The translations under genes were made by a program, and so were the position numbers. From Actinomycetota bacterium (GTDB lineage: Bacteria > Actinomycetota > UBA4738 > HRBIN12): a stretch of 48,115 nucleotides of DNA. How positions within the stretch are numbered: position 1 is the first letter of the stretch; each line of letters opens with the position of its first letter. Shown here in pieces: positions 18,074 to 27,370 of the stretch. The stretch is taken from positions 1-48,115 of the forward strand of contig VAXZ01000113.1 of NCBI GenBank assembly GCA_005885035.1, read 5' to 3'. A model generated the notes under the pieces. The model had not been told where the DNA came from. It saw only the letters and a list, made by a program, of their open reading frames with translations, and made no database searches.

Positions 18074-20580
18074 GTCGACGCCGCCCGGAAGGCGAGCACC
18101 ATCGTGAGCCCGCCACCGGGCGTGTCTTCGACCGAGAGCTCACCGTCCATCGCCTCGACGAAGCCCTTCGCGACGGCGAGCCCGAGCCCGATCCCGTCGC
18201 GGCTCGTGCCGTCGCCCAGCCGCTGGAAGGGACGGAACATCCGCTCGCGGTCCTGTGGCCCGACGCCGGGCCCGCGGTCGATCACCCGCAGCTCCACGCG
18301 CCCTACCGCCGCGGATCCGTGGATCCTCACCGGACAGTCGGGCGGAGCCAGCCCCGACGCGTTGGCGACGATGTTCGCGATCGCCCGCTCGAGGAGACCG
18401 GGATCGACGTCGATCCGTGGCAACGTCTCCGGCACCTCGACGACCAGCCCGCGGCCACCGTCCGGAAGGCTGGCGAGCGCCTTCGGCACCACCTCGTCGA
18501 ACCCGACGACATCACGCACCAGTTTCAGGGCCCCGACCTGAAGGCGGCTCATGTCCAGCAGGTTCGCGACGAGGCCGGTGAGCCGGTCGGTCTCGTCCTC
18601 GATCGTGCCCAGGAACAGCGCCATCTCCTCGGGCGACCAGGCGACCTCATCGTCGCGGAGGCTCGAGACCGACGCCTTGATCGACGCGAGCGGGGTCCGC
18701 AGATCGTGCGACACGGCGGCGAGGATCGCGGTCCGGAGCGCGTCCGCCTCGGCGCGCGCCGCGGACGCCGCGGCCTCCTGTGCGAGCGCTCGGCCACGGA
18801 CCGCGAGCCCGAGTTGCCCGGCGAACGCGGACAGCAGCTGCAACCGATCGGCCGGCAGGGGGCTCCCCCGGAGCGCGAGCACGGTGTCGTTGCCGAGCTG
18901 CACGACCTGCCCGGCCTCCTCGGGGGTGTCGGGCGCGTCGGTGCCCGCGGCCGCCTCTCGGATCCACCCACTCTCGTGGCCGCCTTCGGGATCGCGATCC
19001 TCCCGGCGGAGCACCGAGACGGCATCCACACCGAACGTCGTCCGAGCGTGCTCGACGAGCTCGGGGAGGGGGTCTCCTTCAGCCGCCACCCGCGCGGTGA
19101 GGCGCGCGAGCGCCTCCGCCTCCGTGCCCCGGCGCTGTGCCTCCGCCCGCTGCCTCGCCTCGCGGTCGACCAGGATGCTCACGCTCGCCGCGACGACGAC
19201 GAACACGACGAGGGCCACCACATCCTCGGGGTTGGCGACCTTCCACGTGTGGACGGGGGGCGTGAAGAACCAGTTGATCAGGAGCGCCGAGACCACCGCC
19301 GCCGGGATCGCCGGTCGCAGACCGCCGCCGAACGCGATCCCGATCACGACCGTTAGGTACAGGAGCATGATGGTGGAAAGCGCCATCTGACGGTCGAGCG
19401 CGGCGACGGCGGTGGTCAGACCGACGAGGACGACCGCCCCGGCGAGGGCCGCGATGACCTGCCGGTCGCTCGAGAGACCGGTGACGACGCGGCCCGTCAC
19501 GCGGGGACGTTGGGACGTCGGCTCGTGCGAGATGACATGCACGTCGATCGAACCGGAGTCCCGGATCACGTCGAGGACGACCGAGCGCCCGAAGGACCCC
19601 CGGAACCGCGAACGACGACCGGCCCCCAGCACGACCTGCGTGATGCCTTCGACGCGAGCCAGGTCGAGGATCGCGTCCGGCACTCGCGCCCCGACCACCT
19701 CCTCGAAGCGGCCACCGACCTGCCGCACGAGCTCGCGGACGGCCTCGAGGTGGGGCGCGTCATCCCGGCCCGCGTCCGGGATGACGTGCACGGCGATCAG
19801 CTCGCCGCCGCGCCGCGCGGCCATGCGCGCGGCGCGGCGGACCACCGGTTCGTCCTCCGGACGACCCTGCACCGCGACGAGGATCCGTTCGCGGGCCGTC
19901 GCCGGCTCGGATCCCCGAGCCGGCGACGGTCCCGCTCGCAGCTCCTCGTCGACCCGGTCGGCCATCCACACGAGCGACAGCTCGCGCAGCCGCGCGAGGT
20001 TCTCTTCACGGAACGTTCGCGCCAGGGCGGCGTCCATCCGCTCGGGAGGGAAGACGTTCCCGTGTGCCAGCCGGCGCTGGAGTGCCTGCGGGGTCATGTC
20101 CACGAGCTCCAGCTGATCCGCGTTCCGCACGAGCGCGTCGGGGACCGAGTCGGCCGGGGCCTCGCTCGTGATCCCCTCGATCACATCGTGCAGTGACTCG
20201 AGGTGATGGATGTTGACCGTCGAGATCACATCGATGCCGGCGGCGAGGAGCTCCTCCACGTCTTGCCAACGATGCGCGTTGCGCGACCCGGCGGCGTTCG
20301 TGTGCGCGAGCTCGTCGACCACCGCGACCTCCGGATGACGGGCCAGCACCGCATCGACGTCCATCTCTTCGGTGTGAGTGCCATCGCCATCGCTCCGGCG
20401 AGGCGCGACCTCCAGACCCCGGGTCTGCGCCGCCACCTCCTGTCGACCATGCGTGCCGACGACGGCGAGCAGCACGTCCGTCCCGCGAGCACGCCGACGA
20501 CGAGCCTCGTCGAGCATCGCGTACGTCTTGCCGACGCCCGGCGCGTACCCGACGTAGATCCTCAGCCGACCGCGCTCCAC
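18070..20580 (-). CDS. kdpD: full-length KdpD-type sensor kinase (KdpD N-terminal domain, Usp, 4-TM DUF4118, GAF-like, HisKA, HATPase)
   Basis: GTG 20580. N-terminal motifs: LRIYVGYAPGVGKTYAMLDEA, DELAHTN, ISTVNIHHLESL. Usp block: ILVAVQGRPEDEPVVRRAARMA. H-box SHDLRTPLASIKASVSSL. Also GIGLGLAVAKG. Confidence 0.95.
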   Translation of the reverse strand: MERGRLRIYVGYAPGVGKTYAMLDEARRRRARGTDVLLAVVGTHGRQEVAAQTRGLEVAPRRSDGDGTHTEEMDVDAVLARHPEVAVVDELAHTNAAGSRNAHRWQDVEELLAAGIDVISTVNIHHLESLHDVIEGITSEAPADSVPDALVRNADQLELVDMTPQALQRRLAHGNVFPPERMDAALARTFREENLARLRELSLVWMADRVDEELRAGPSPARGSEPATARERILVAVQGRPEDEPVVRRAARMAARRGGELIAVHVIPDAGRDDAPHLEAVRELVRQVGGRFEEVVGARVPDAILDLARVEGITQVVLGAGRRSRFRGSFGRSVVLDVIRDSGSIDVHVISHEPTSQRPRVTGRVVTGLSSDRQVIAALAGAVVLVGLTTAVAALDRQMALSTIMLLYLTVVIGIAFGGGLRPAIPAAVVSALLINWFFTPPVHTWKVANPEDVVALVVFVVVAASVSILVDREARQRAEAQRRGTEAEALARLTARVAAEGDPLPELVEHARTTFGVDAVSVLRREDRDPEGGHESGWIREAAAGTDAPDTPEEAGQVVQLGNDTVLALRGSPLPADRLQLLSAFAGQLGLAVRGRALAQEAAASAARAEADALRTAILAAVSHDLRTPLASIKASVSSLRDDEVAWSPEEMALFLGTIEDETDRLTGLVANLLDMSRLQVGALKLVRDVVGFDEVVPKALASLPDGGRGLVVEVPETLPRIDVDPGLLERAIANIVANASGLAPPDCPVRIHGSAAVGRVELRVIDRGPGVGPQDRERMFRPFQRLGDGTSRDGIGLGLAVAKGFVEAMDGELSVEDTPGGGLTMVLAFRAAST

Positions 20581-20586
20581 GCATCG

Positions 20587-20683
20587 AGGCTAGCCCTCTT
20601 GACGTGATCTTGACGTCATCACGCCATCCCTGACGGAACCTTGATGCCTCCGCGGCGGGAGCAGCCCCTCCGCTCCCTAGCGT
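20587..20683. promoter_or_regulatory. candidate divergent control region: TAGCCT -10 (minus strand) 6 nt from the kdpD GTG, phased TTGACG-type direct repeats, and TAGCGT -10 (plus strand) 7 nt from the permease ATG
   Basis: Plus-strand repeats: TTGACG at 20599 and 20610, ATCACG at 20618, CTGACG at 20630, TTGATG at 20641. Spacing is 11, ~20 and 11 bp. The minus-strand TAGCCT reads as aggcta at 20587-20592. TAGCGT is at 20678-20683. Confidence 0.4.
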
Positions 20684-20690
20684 GAGATGC

Positions 20691-23063
20691 ATGGAGCGCG
20701 ACGTGGATCTCGGGACCGGGTACGCGTTCAAGCGCCTGCTGCTGGGACGGCCCCTCGCCACGTCCCGTCTGGAGCACGAGCGCCTGGGTCGGCCGACCGC
20801 GCTGGCGGTCTTCTCGTCCGACAACATGACCTCGGTCGCCTACGCGACCGAGGAGATCCTCCGCGTCCTGATCCCGGCGGTAGGGATCCTGGCGTTCTCC
20901 TACGTGCTCCCGATCTCGGCGGTGATCGTCCTGATCGAGGCCATCTTGATCTTCTCGTACCGCCAGACGATCAAGGCGTACCCGACGGCCGGCGGGGCCT
21001 ACATCGTCACGAAGGACAACCTCGGGCTGCTGCCGGCACAGCTCGCCGGCGTCGCGCTTCTGGTCGATTACGTCCTGACCGTGAGCGTCTCGACGGCTGC
21101 CGGCGTCCAGGCGATCAGCTCGGTCGTTCCCCTCGGCGTCCCGCTCCGCGTCGTGTTCTCTCTGGCGTTCGTCTGGATGATCGCGTACGGGAACCTCCTG
21201 GGCGTGCGGGAGTCGGGCAAGATCTTCGCCGCGCCCACGTATCTGTTCATCGTCAGCTTGGGACTCACATGCGTGATGGGGATCTACGAGGTGTTGTCCG
21301 GTCATCTCCACGCGTTCCCGATCCAGCAGCAGGTGGCGCACGGAGGCCTCTCGCCGTTCGCGGGGGCGGTCACGGTCTTCATCCTGCTCCGCGCGTTCGC
21401 CTCCGGCGGAGCCGCGGTGACGGGGGTCGAGGCGATCTCGAACGGGGTCCCGGCGTTCCGTAAGCCTGAGTGGCGCAACGCCCAGATCACCCTGGTGTGG
21501 ATGGGTCTGATCCTGGGTTCGTCGTTCCTCGCGGTGTCCTTCCTGGCCTCGCGGCTGCAGGTGATCCCGATCGCTGACGAGAGCAAGTCGGTCCTGGCGA
21601 CCATCGCGGAGGCTGTCTACGGCACCGGCGCGGTGGGCCGGCTCCTCTTCCTCGTGCTCCAGATCGGCACGACCCTCATCCTGATCCTCGCCGCCAACAC
21701 GTCGTTCGCCGACTTCCCTCGGTTGGCCAGCTTCCACGCGGGTGATGCCTTCATGCCGCGGCAGCTGACGAAGCGCGGGCACCGGCTGGTGTTCTCGAAC
21801 GGGATCGTGGCGCTGGCCGCCGCCGCCAGCCTGGTGATCGTCGCGTTCAGCGCGAGCGTCACGAAGATGATCCCGCTCTACGCCCTGGGGGTGTTCACCT
21901 CGTTCACCCTCTCGCAGAGCGGGATGGCCAAGCGCCACCTGCGCCTACGGGAGAAGGGGTGGAAGTTCGGACTGTTCGTGAACGGTCTCGGCGCGATCGC
22001 GACCCTGGTCGTGGCGATCGTGATCGCGATCGTCAAGTTCGCGGGGGGCGCCTGGATCGTGATGGTGTTCGTGCCGATCCTCGTCGCGCTCCTGGTCCGC
22101 GTGAACAAGACCTACGAGGCGGAGGACGAGCAGCTCGTGATCGGCCCGGAGGACCGAGCGAACGGCGGCGCCACGCGGACCGACCACACCGCGCTCGTGC
22201 TGGTGGACGAGCTCGACGCCGATACCTTGCACGCCGCGCAGTACGCACTGACGATCCGCCCGACGCGCGCCACGGCGCTGCACCTGGGCGGTCGCGACCC
22301 GGAACTCGAGGCTGCGTGGAAGGACGCCGGTCTGCGAATCCCGCTCGTCGCCATCCCCGGTGACGAGCGGCCCGGCCGGGCGATCGCGCGCTACCTCCGC
22401 GGGCTCGGCGTGACCGGGGAGCAGGTCACCGTCATCCTCCCCGCGCCCGCCGACGAGCCCTTCCTCGCCCGGCTCCGTCGGATGCACGCGTGGTCCGGGC
22501 TCGCCGAGTCCCTCCGCGATCTACCGAACGTCGGCGTAGTGATCGTTCGCGCGCACGGCGCTACCGCCGATGCGGCGCAGCACCATCGCCTGCAGCTCTC
22601 CCCGCGCCGGCGTCACGTGGCGCTGATCCTGGTCGAGGACCTGGACCGGGCGACCCTCAAGGCCTCGAGGTACGCAAGGGGGATCCAGGCGCTCGAGGTG
22701 CGGGCCATCCACGCCGCGAGCGATCCCGATCGCGCCAGGATGTTGATCGACCAGTGGATCGCCTTCGGGTACCTCGCCGGGATCCCGCTCGACGTCGAGG
22801 AATGCAACGATCGGAACATCGAACGCAGCCTGCGACGCTACGTGTCGCGCTTCGAGGACGGAACGACCGAGGTCACGCTGATCCTCCCGCGCAGACACTT
22901 CCCGAAGCGTCGCCACCTCTTGCTGCACGATCGGACGAGCCGCAGGATCGCCGGTGCCTTCGCGGAAGAGCCCCACGTGGACGTCGTCGTCGTCCCGTAC
23001 CACCTGGGCGCCGGCCGCGAGCATCGGATGAGAAAGCTCGCACCGGCCGCCGCTACGCGGTGA
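20691..23063 (+). CDS. APC-superfamily (amino-acid-permease-like) transporter with tandem USP-like cytoplasmic tail; paralog of 11229..13568
   Basis: In-frame ATG 20691 (the ORF opens at GTG 20682). Blocks TSVAYATEEIL, SYRQTIKAYPTAGGAYIVTKDNLG, VTGVEAISNGVPAF, LILAANTSFADFPRLAS, GVFTSFTLSQSGM. Tail modules TALVLVDELDADTLHAAQYA and HVALILVEDLDRATLKASRYA. Confidence 0.85.
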   Translation: MERDVDLGTGYAFKRLLLGRPLATSRLEHERLGRPTALAVFSSDNMTSVAYATEEILRVLIPAVGILAFSYVLPISAVIVLIEAILIFSYRQTIKAYPTAGGAYIVTKDNLGLLPAQLAGVALLVDYVLTVSVSTAAGVQAISSVVPLGVPLRVVFSLAFVWMIAYGNLLGVRESGKIFAAPTYLFIVSLGLTCVMGIYEVLSGHLHAFPIQQQVAHGGLSPFAGAVTVFILLRAFASGGAAVTGVEAISNGVPAFRKPEWRNAQITLVWMGLILGSSFLAVSFLASRLQVIPIADESKSVLATIAEAVYGTGAVGRLLFLVLQIGTTLILILAANTSFADFPRLASFHAGDAFMPRQLTKRGHRLVFSNGIVALAAAASLVIVAFSASVTKMIPLYALGVFTSFTLSQSGMAKRHLRLREKGWKFGLFVNGLGAIATLVVAIVIAIVKFAGGAWIVMVFVPILVALLVRVNKTYEAEDEQLVIGPEDRANGGATRTDHTALVLVDELDADTLHAAQYALTIRPTRATALHLGGRDPELEAAWKDAGLRIPLVAIPGDERPGRAIARYLRGLGVTGEQVTVILPAPADEPFLARLRRMHAWSGLAESLRDLPNVGVVIVRAHGATADAAQHHRLQLSPRRRHVALILVEDLDRATLKASRYARGIQALEVRAIHAASDPDRARMLIDQWIAFGYLAGIPLDVEECNDRNIERSLRRYVSRFEDGTTEVTLILPRRHFPKRRHLLLHDRTSRRIAGAFAEEPHVDVVVVPYHLGAGREHRMRKLAPAAATR

Positions 23064-23412
23064 ACTCCAGGCGCGGGTTGATCATCTGGACGCCGCCGCG
23101 CTGCTCGCCCAGCACCCCTTCGACGACCACCTTCGTGCCCAGGCCGAGCCCGCCGATCGCCCGGCGTCCCATGAATCGGATCACGACCTCGCCCGTCCCG
23201 TCGGACACCACGGCTTCGAGCGACTCGTTGTCCTTCATCGGGAACACGGTGAGCCTCCGGATCACGCCGGCGATCTTGACCCGTTGCCGCATCGGCGCGT
23301 CGGCGATGCGGACCGAGCCGGGCACCCGGTCCGCCCATTCGCGGATCTCGGACTCGAGGCGCGTCTCGTCGCTCTCGGTGAGACGCCGAAGCAAACGACG
23401 GAACCCTCCCAT
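23053..23412 (-). CDS. small OB-fold (tRNA_anti-like) domain protein
   Basis: ATG 23412, 119 aa. [59 protein letters not shown] is a typical OB-barrel pattern. Its 3' end overlaps the converging permease by 11 nt. Confidence 0.7.
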   Translation of the reverse strand: MGGFRRLLRRLTESDETRLESEIREWADRVPGSVRIADAPMRQRVKIAGVIRRLTVFPMKDNESLEAVVSDGTGEVVIRFMGRRAIGGLGLGTKVVVEGVLGEQRGGVQMINPRLEFTA

Positions 23413-23452
23413 GCCGCGGTGAGCCTATCCGGATACGATCGCGTCCCCGGTC

Positions 23453-25705
23453 TCAAGCGGCCGTGCGCGCCTTGCGGAGATCCTCTTCGAGCTCGGACTT
23501 CCGGTTCTTCGAGACCCAGATCATCGCGGCCAGGATCGTGGCGCCCACCAGCGCCACCGCAACGCGGATCGCCGTGTCGTCGGCGTACTGGACGACGAGG
23601 GGCGCGATCAGCAGCGCCACCAAGTTCATCACCTTGATCAACGGGTTCAGCGCCGGACCGGCTGTGTCCTTGAACGGGTCGCCGACGGTGTCGCCGATCA
23701 CCGCAGCCTTGTGGCTCTCGGAGCCCTTGCCGCCGTAGTTGCCCTCCTCGATGAACTTCTTCGCGTTGTCCCAGGCACCGCCGGAGTTCGACAGCATCAC
23801 CGCGAGCAACTGCCCGGTGAGGATCGCGCCCGCCAGGAAGGCACCGAGCGCCTCCGCCCCCAGGAAGAACGCCGCGATCACGGGCGCGAGGACGGCCAAC
23901 AATCCTGGGGTCGTCAGCTCACGGAGCGAGGTCCTGGTGCAGATGTCGACGACCGCGGCGTAGTCGGGCTTCTCCTCGTAAGTCATGATCCCCGGGTGGT
24001 CCCGGAACTGATTCCGAACCTCGACGACGACCTGCATCGCAGCCCGTCCCACCGCCCGGATCGCAAGCGAGGAGAACAGGAACGCGACGCACCCGCCCAA
24101 CAGCAGGCCGACGAGCACGTCGGGTTGATCGACGCGGATCCCGAGGAACGTGTAGCCGGCGTTCTCGAGCGCAGCCTCGAAGGAGCCGAACAGCGAGGTC
24201 GCTGCGATCACGGCGGTCGCGATGGCCATGCCCTTCGTGATGGCCTTGGTCGAGTTCCCGATCGAGTCCAGCCCGCCGAGGATCTCCGCGGGCCGCCCCT
24301 GGAACTCGCCGGACATCTCGGCGATGCCCTGCGCGTTGTCGGAGATGGGGCCGAACGTGTCCATGGACACGATGACGCCGACGGTGGTCAACATGCCCAT
24401 GCCCGTCAGCGAGATGAAGTAGAGCCGTTCGAAGGCCGTGTGACCGAGGTAGAAGGCGGAGGTCACGGCCGCCCCGATCAGCAGCGCCGACCACACGGTG
24501 GACTCGAGCCCCACGGAGAACCCGGACAAGATCGTGGTGGCTGGACCCGTGACGGTGGACTCCGCGATCTCCTGTACCGGCTTGTATTTCGCGTCGGTGA
24601 AGTACTGGGTGAGGACCTGGATCAGCGACGCGAGGACGAGACCGATCACGACCGCGGCGAACGGTCGCCAGTCCTTCGTGACCAGCTCGGACGCGACGAA
24701 GACGATCACCGCCGAAAGAGCGGCCGAGATGAAGAACCCTCGGTTGATCGCCTTCATCCCGTGCTCCTCCTCGGAGCGGGGAGAGACCGACAGGATGCCG
24801 ACGATCGACGTCAGGACGCCGATCGCACGAACCCAGAGCGGGAACATCACGCCCGCGATCGCGCCGACCTCGCTGCCGCTGAAGGCGGCGGCACCCAGGA
24901 TCAGGGAGGCGACCAGGGTGACCTCGTAAGACTCGAACAGGTCCGCGGCCATCCCGGCGCAGTCGCCGACGTTGTCGCCGACGTTGTCGGCGATCGTCGC
25001 GGCGTTGCGAGGGTCGTCTTCGGGGATCCCTTGCTCGATCTTGCCGACCAGGTCCGCGCCCACGTCGGCGGCCTTCGTGAAGATCCCGCCGCCGACCCGC
25101 ATGAACATCGCGAGCAGCGCGCCGCCGAACCCGAAGCCGACCAGCACGCTCGTCGCGTCGCCCTTGTAGATGATGAGGATCAGCGTCGCGCCGAACAGGC
25201 CCATCCCGACCGTGAACATCCCGGCGACGCCACCGGCGCGGAACGCGATCCGGACCGCCCTGCGCAGACCCGTCTCTCGCGCAGCGTTCGCCGTTCGCAC
25301 GTTGGCGCGGACGGCGAGCCACATCCCGACGTAGCCGGTGACCATCGAGGCGAGGGCACCCAGGAGGAACGCGATCGACCGCCCGAACCGGATGCTCAGC
25401 GCGCTGTGCTCGGCGTTCTTCGGGACGGGGAGCACGAAGAACAGCACGACCGCCAGCACGGCGAGGAACACCGCGAGCGTCCGGTACTGGCGGTTGAGGT
25501 ACGCCTTCGCGCCCTCCTGGATCGCGCGGGCGATCTCCTTCATCTTCTCGGTGCCCTCGGGCGCCGCGAGCACCTCTCGGACCAGGTACCAGGCGAAGAG
25601 CAACGCGACGAGCGAGACGCCGAAGATGAGCCACAGGGCCAGGTTCTCGCCCGACCCGAACCGTGCCTGGATCGGGCCGCTCTCTTGGGCAAGCCAGCCG
25701 ACCAT
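23453..25705 (-). CDS. hppA: membrane-bound proton-translocating pyrophosphatase, K+-independent subtype by signature
   Basis: ATG 25705 (MVGWLAQ) with GGAGG 5 nt upstream. Motifs: [49 protein letters not shown]. The [10 protein letters not shown] motif carries Lys at the position that distinguishes K+-independent enzymes. The first 162 codons of the ORF are non-coding-looking. Confidence 0.95.
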   Translation of the reverse strand: MVGWLAQESGPIQARFGSGENLALWLIFGVSLVALLFAWYLVREVLAAPEGTEKMKEIARAIQEGAKAYLNRQYRTLAVFLAVLAVVLFFVLPVPKNAEHSALSIRFGRSIAFLLGALASMVTGYVGMWLAVRANVRTANAARETGLRRAVRIAFRAGGVAGMFTVGMGLFGATLILIIYKGDATSVLVGFGFGGALLAMFMRVGGGIFTKAADVGADLVGKIEQGIPEDDPRNAATIADNVGDNVGDCAGMAADLFESYEVTLVASLILGAAAFSGSEVGAIAGVMFPLWVRAIGVLTSIVGILSVSPRSEEEHGMKAINRGFFISAALSAVIVFVASELVTKDWRPFAAVVIGLVLASLIQVLTQYFTDAKYKPVQEIAESTVTGPATTILSGFSVGLESTVWSALLIGAAVTSAFYLGHTAFERLYFISLTGMGMLTTVGVIVSMDTFGPISDNAQGIAEMSGEFQGRPAEILGGLDSIGNSTKAITKGMAIATAVIAATSLFGSFEAALENAGYTFLGIRVDQPDVLVGLLLGGCVAFLFSSLAIRAVGRAAMQVVVEVRNQFRDHPGIMTYEEKPDYAAVVDICTRTSLRELTTPGLLAVLAPVIAAFFLGAEALGAFLAGAILTGQLLAVMLSNSGGAWDNAKKFIEEGNYGGKGSESHKAAVIGDTVGDPFKDTAGPALNPLIKVMNLVALLIAPLVVQYADDTAIRVAVALVGATILAAMIWVSKNRKSELEEDLRKARTAA

Positions 25706-25809
25706 CGAACCTCCTACGTTGGGAACGACCCTCATCCGCGCCGGCGTGGGCGAGCCTGACGCTGGAACCCGCAGAGGATACCCGAGCCCTCGGCGCTCTG
25801 ACCTGCGAC

Positions 25810-27198
25810 TTAGGCAGACGCGACGGGCGGGGAGTCCTGGACGCCGAGCAGGATCTCCAGCGCCTGATACGCCGCGAGCACGTCGCGGCGATCCGCAGGC
25901 TCGGGAACCGACTCCTCGGAGGCACGGAGGATCATCTCTCCCTCGTGGCCGAGGACCCCACGCTCCCGATCGTCCCCGAGCTCCACGGCGACCTTCGCCA
26001 GGTTCTGCAACTGCCGGATCAAGACCGCGGGCATCCCACGGGCCGACTGCCGGATCTTGTCCGAGGCCTTGCGCACCAACCCGTCGAACGTGATCGTCCG
26101 ATCGACCAGTCGAATGACACCCTCGGGATCGCGGTAGAGCCCGCTCGGCAGGGGCCCGCGCCCGACCCGACACAGACAGTCTCCGAGCCAATCGATGCAG
26201 TTCAGGGCGGTGAACGGGTCGTTGACGGCCGGCGAGATCGCCCGGATCGCCACCTCGACGAGCTGGTCCACGGCGAAGCCGAGATCCTGCGTCAGGGTCC
26301 GGCTGGACCCGACGATGTGCGCGCGATCCAGCGTGTCCGCGACCACCTGAGCGGCATCGACGGGCCAGACCCTCGCCAGAGGTTGGCCCTCCGCGACGAA
26401 GTGGCCCGGACGGTGGAGCAGCTGGATCGTCGCGTTCGAGGACGCCGCGATCCGCACCAGCTGTTCGTGCCCTACGCTCTGGAGGAACCCGGCGGTTCGT
26501 GCTCTGACGAGCTCGCTCGCTTCCTCGAGCCGCGTGGACAGCTCACGTGCGTCGTCGTCCGGGCCAGAACGCGCCGGCAGCATCCGCGCCGCCTCGTCCT
26601 GGAGCGCCTGGAGCGTCGATCGGAAATCGCGCGCGATCCCCGCGATCACGGACGTGACCTGGATCGACGTCGCGACGTGATGGATGAAGAAGATCAGGAC
26701 CCCGAGGTCGCCCAACGTGAGGACGAGCGCGACCGTGACCGACAGGTGCGGAACGAACCCGGCGGACCCGTGCGCGACGGATCCGAGCGTCAGGACCGAG
26801 TAGACGAACGTCGCCACGAAGGCACCGAGGCTCACCTGGGTCCCGATATCGCGGATGAAGTTCCGCAGCATGCGGGGCCCGAACTGCTGTGACGCGAGCT
26901 GCAGCGCCAGGATCGTGATCGAGAACATCACGCCGGCGACGGTGATGACGGCTGCGGCGATGCCGATCAACACCTGTCGCGAGGCGTCCGCCTCGCCGGC
27001 GATCGCCCATCCGGGCAGCGACATGCGCCCGTTCGCGATCGCTCGGTCGAGGCCGTACGTGACCCCGAACAGCAGGATCGCGGCCGCAACCATGGCGGTC
27101 GGCACAACCCAGAGCGTCGTGCGGAGGGCTTCGCGACGCCACGGCGTGAGCAGGGGGCGTCGCTCTCCCGAGCCCCGGACGGTCATGCTGTTCGTCAT
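25810..27198 (-). CDS. DUF2254-family membrane protein
   Basis: LALQLASQQFGPRMLRNFIRDIGTQVSLGAFVATFVYSVLTL matches my recollection of the DUF2254 core. Four TM helices plus a soluble C-terminal domain. I chose ATG 27198; GTG 27210 and ATG 27186 are alternatives. Confidence 0.75.
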   Translation of the reverse strand: MTNSMTVRGSGERRPLLTPWRREALRTTLWVVPTAMVAAAILLFGVTYGLDRAIANGRMSLPGWAIAGEADASRQVLIGIAAAVITVAGVMFSITILALQLASQQFGPRMLRNFIRDIGTQVSLGAFVATFVYSVLTLGSVAHGSAGFVPHLSVTVALVLTLGDLGVLIFFIHHVATSIQVTSVIAGIARDFRSTLQALQDEAARMLPARSGPDDDARELSTRLEEASELVRARTAGFLQSVGHEQLVRIAASSNATIQLLHRPGHFVAEGQPLARVWPVDAAQVVADTLDRAHIVGSSRTLTQDLGFAVDQLVEVAIRAISPAVNDPFTALNCIDWLGDCLCRVGRGPLPSGLYRDPEGVIRLVDRTITFDGLVRKASDKIRQSARGMPAVLIRQLQNLAKVAVELGDDRERGVLGHEGEMILRASEESVPEPADRRDVLAAYQALEILLGVQDSPPVASA

Positions 27199-27370
27199 CG
27201 CCGGCCTCACCTACCCAGTCAGGATCCATGCCGACCAGTCTTCCCGGCTCGCCTGCGTGACGGTGCATCGTACCCCGCAACGGATGCCAGGAGCGTCCTC
27301 GGGTGGCTTCACGAACTCGCAACGCGCAGATGCCAAGAACGGGCGAGACCCCTGGTAGCCTCGTCGCGTT

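Noticed and set aside
18070-20580. Presence of a canonical kdp operon implied by kdpD/kdpE
   Set aside because: No kdpF, kdpA, kdpB or kdpC sequence is present on either side within the window. The divergent partner is an APC-type permease. This became finding 1 rather than a kdpFABC annotation.
23711-25759. 682-aa plus-strand ORF and the 668-aa alternative minus-frame ORF (23919..25925)
   Set aside because: Both overlap the pyrophosphatase gene, whose frame carries all the canonical PPase motifs. The alternatives are Arg/Asp/Gly-rich shadow frames.
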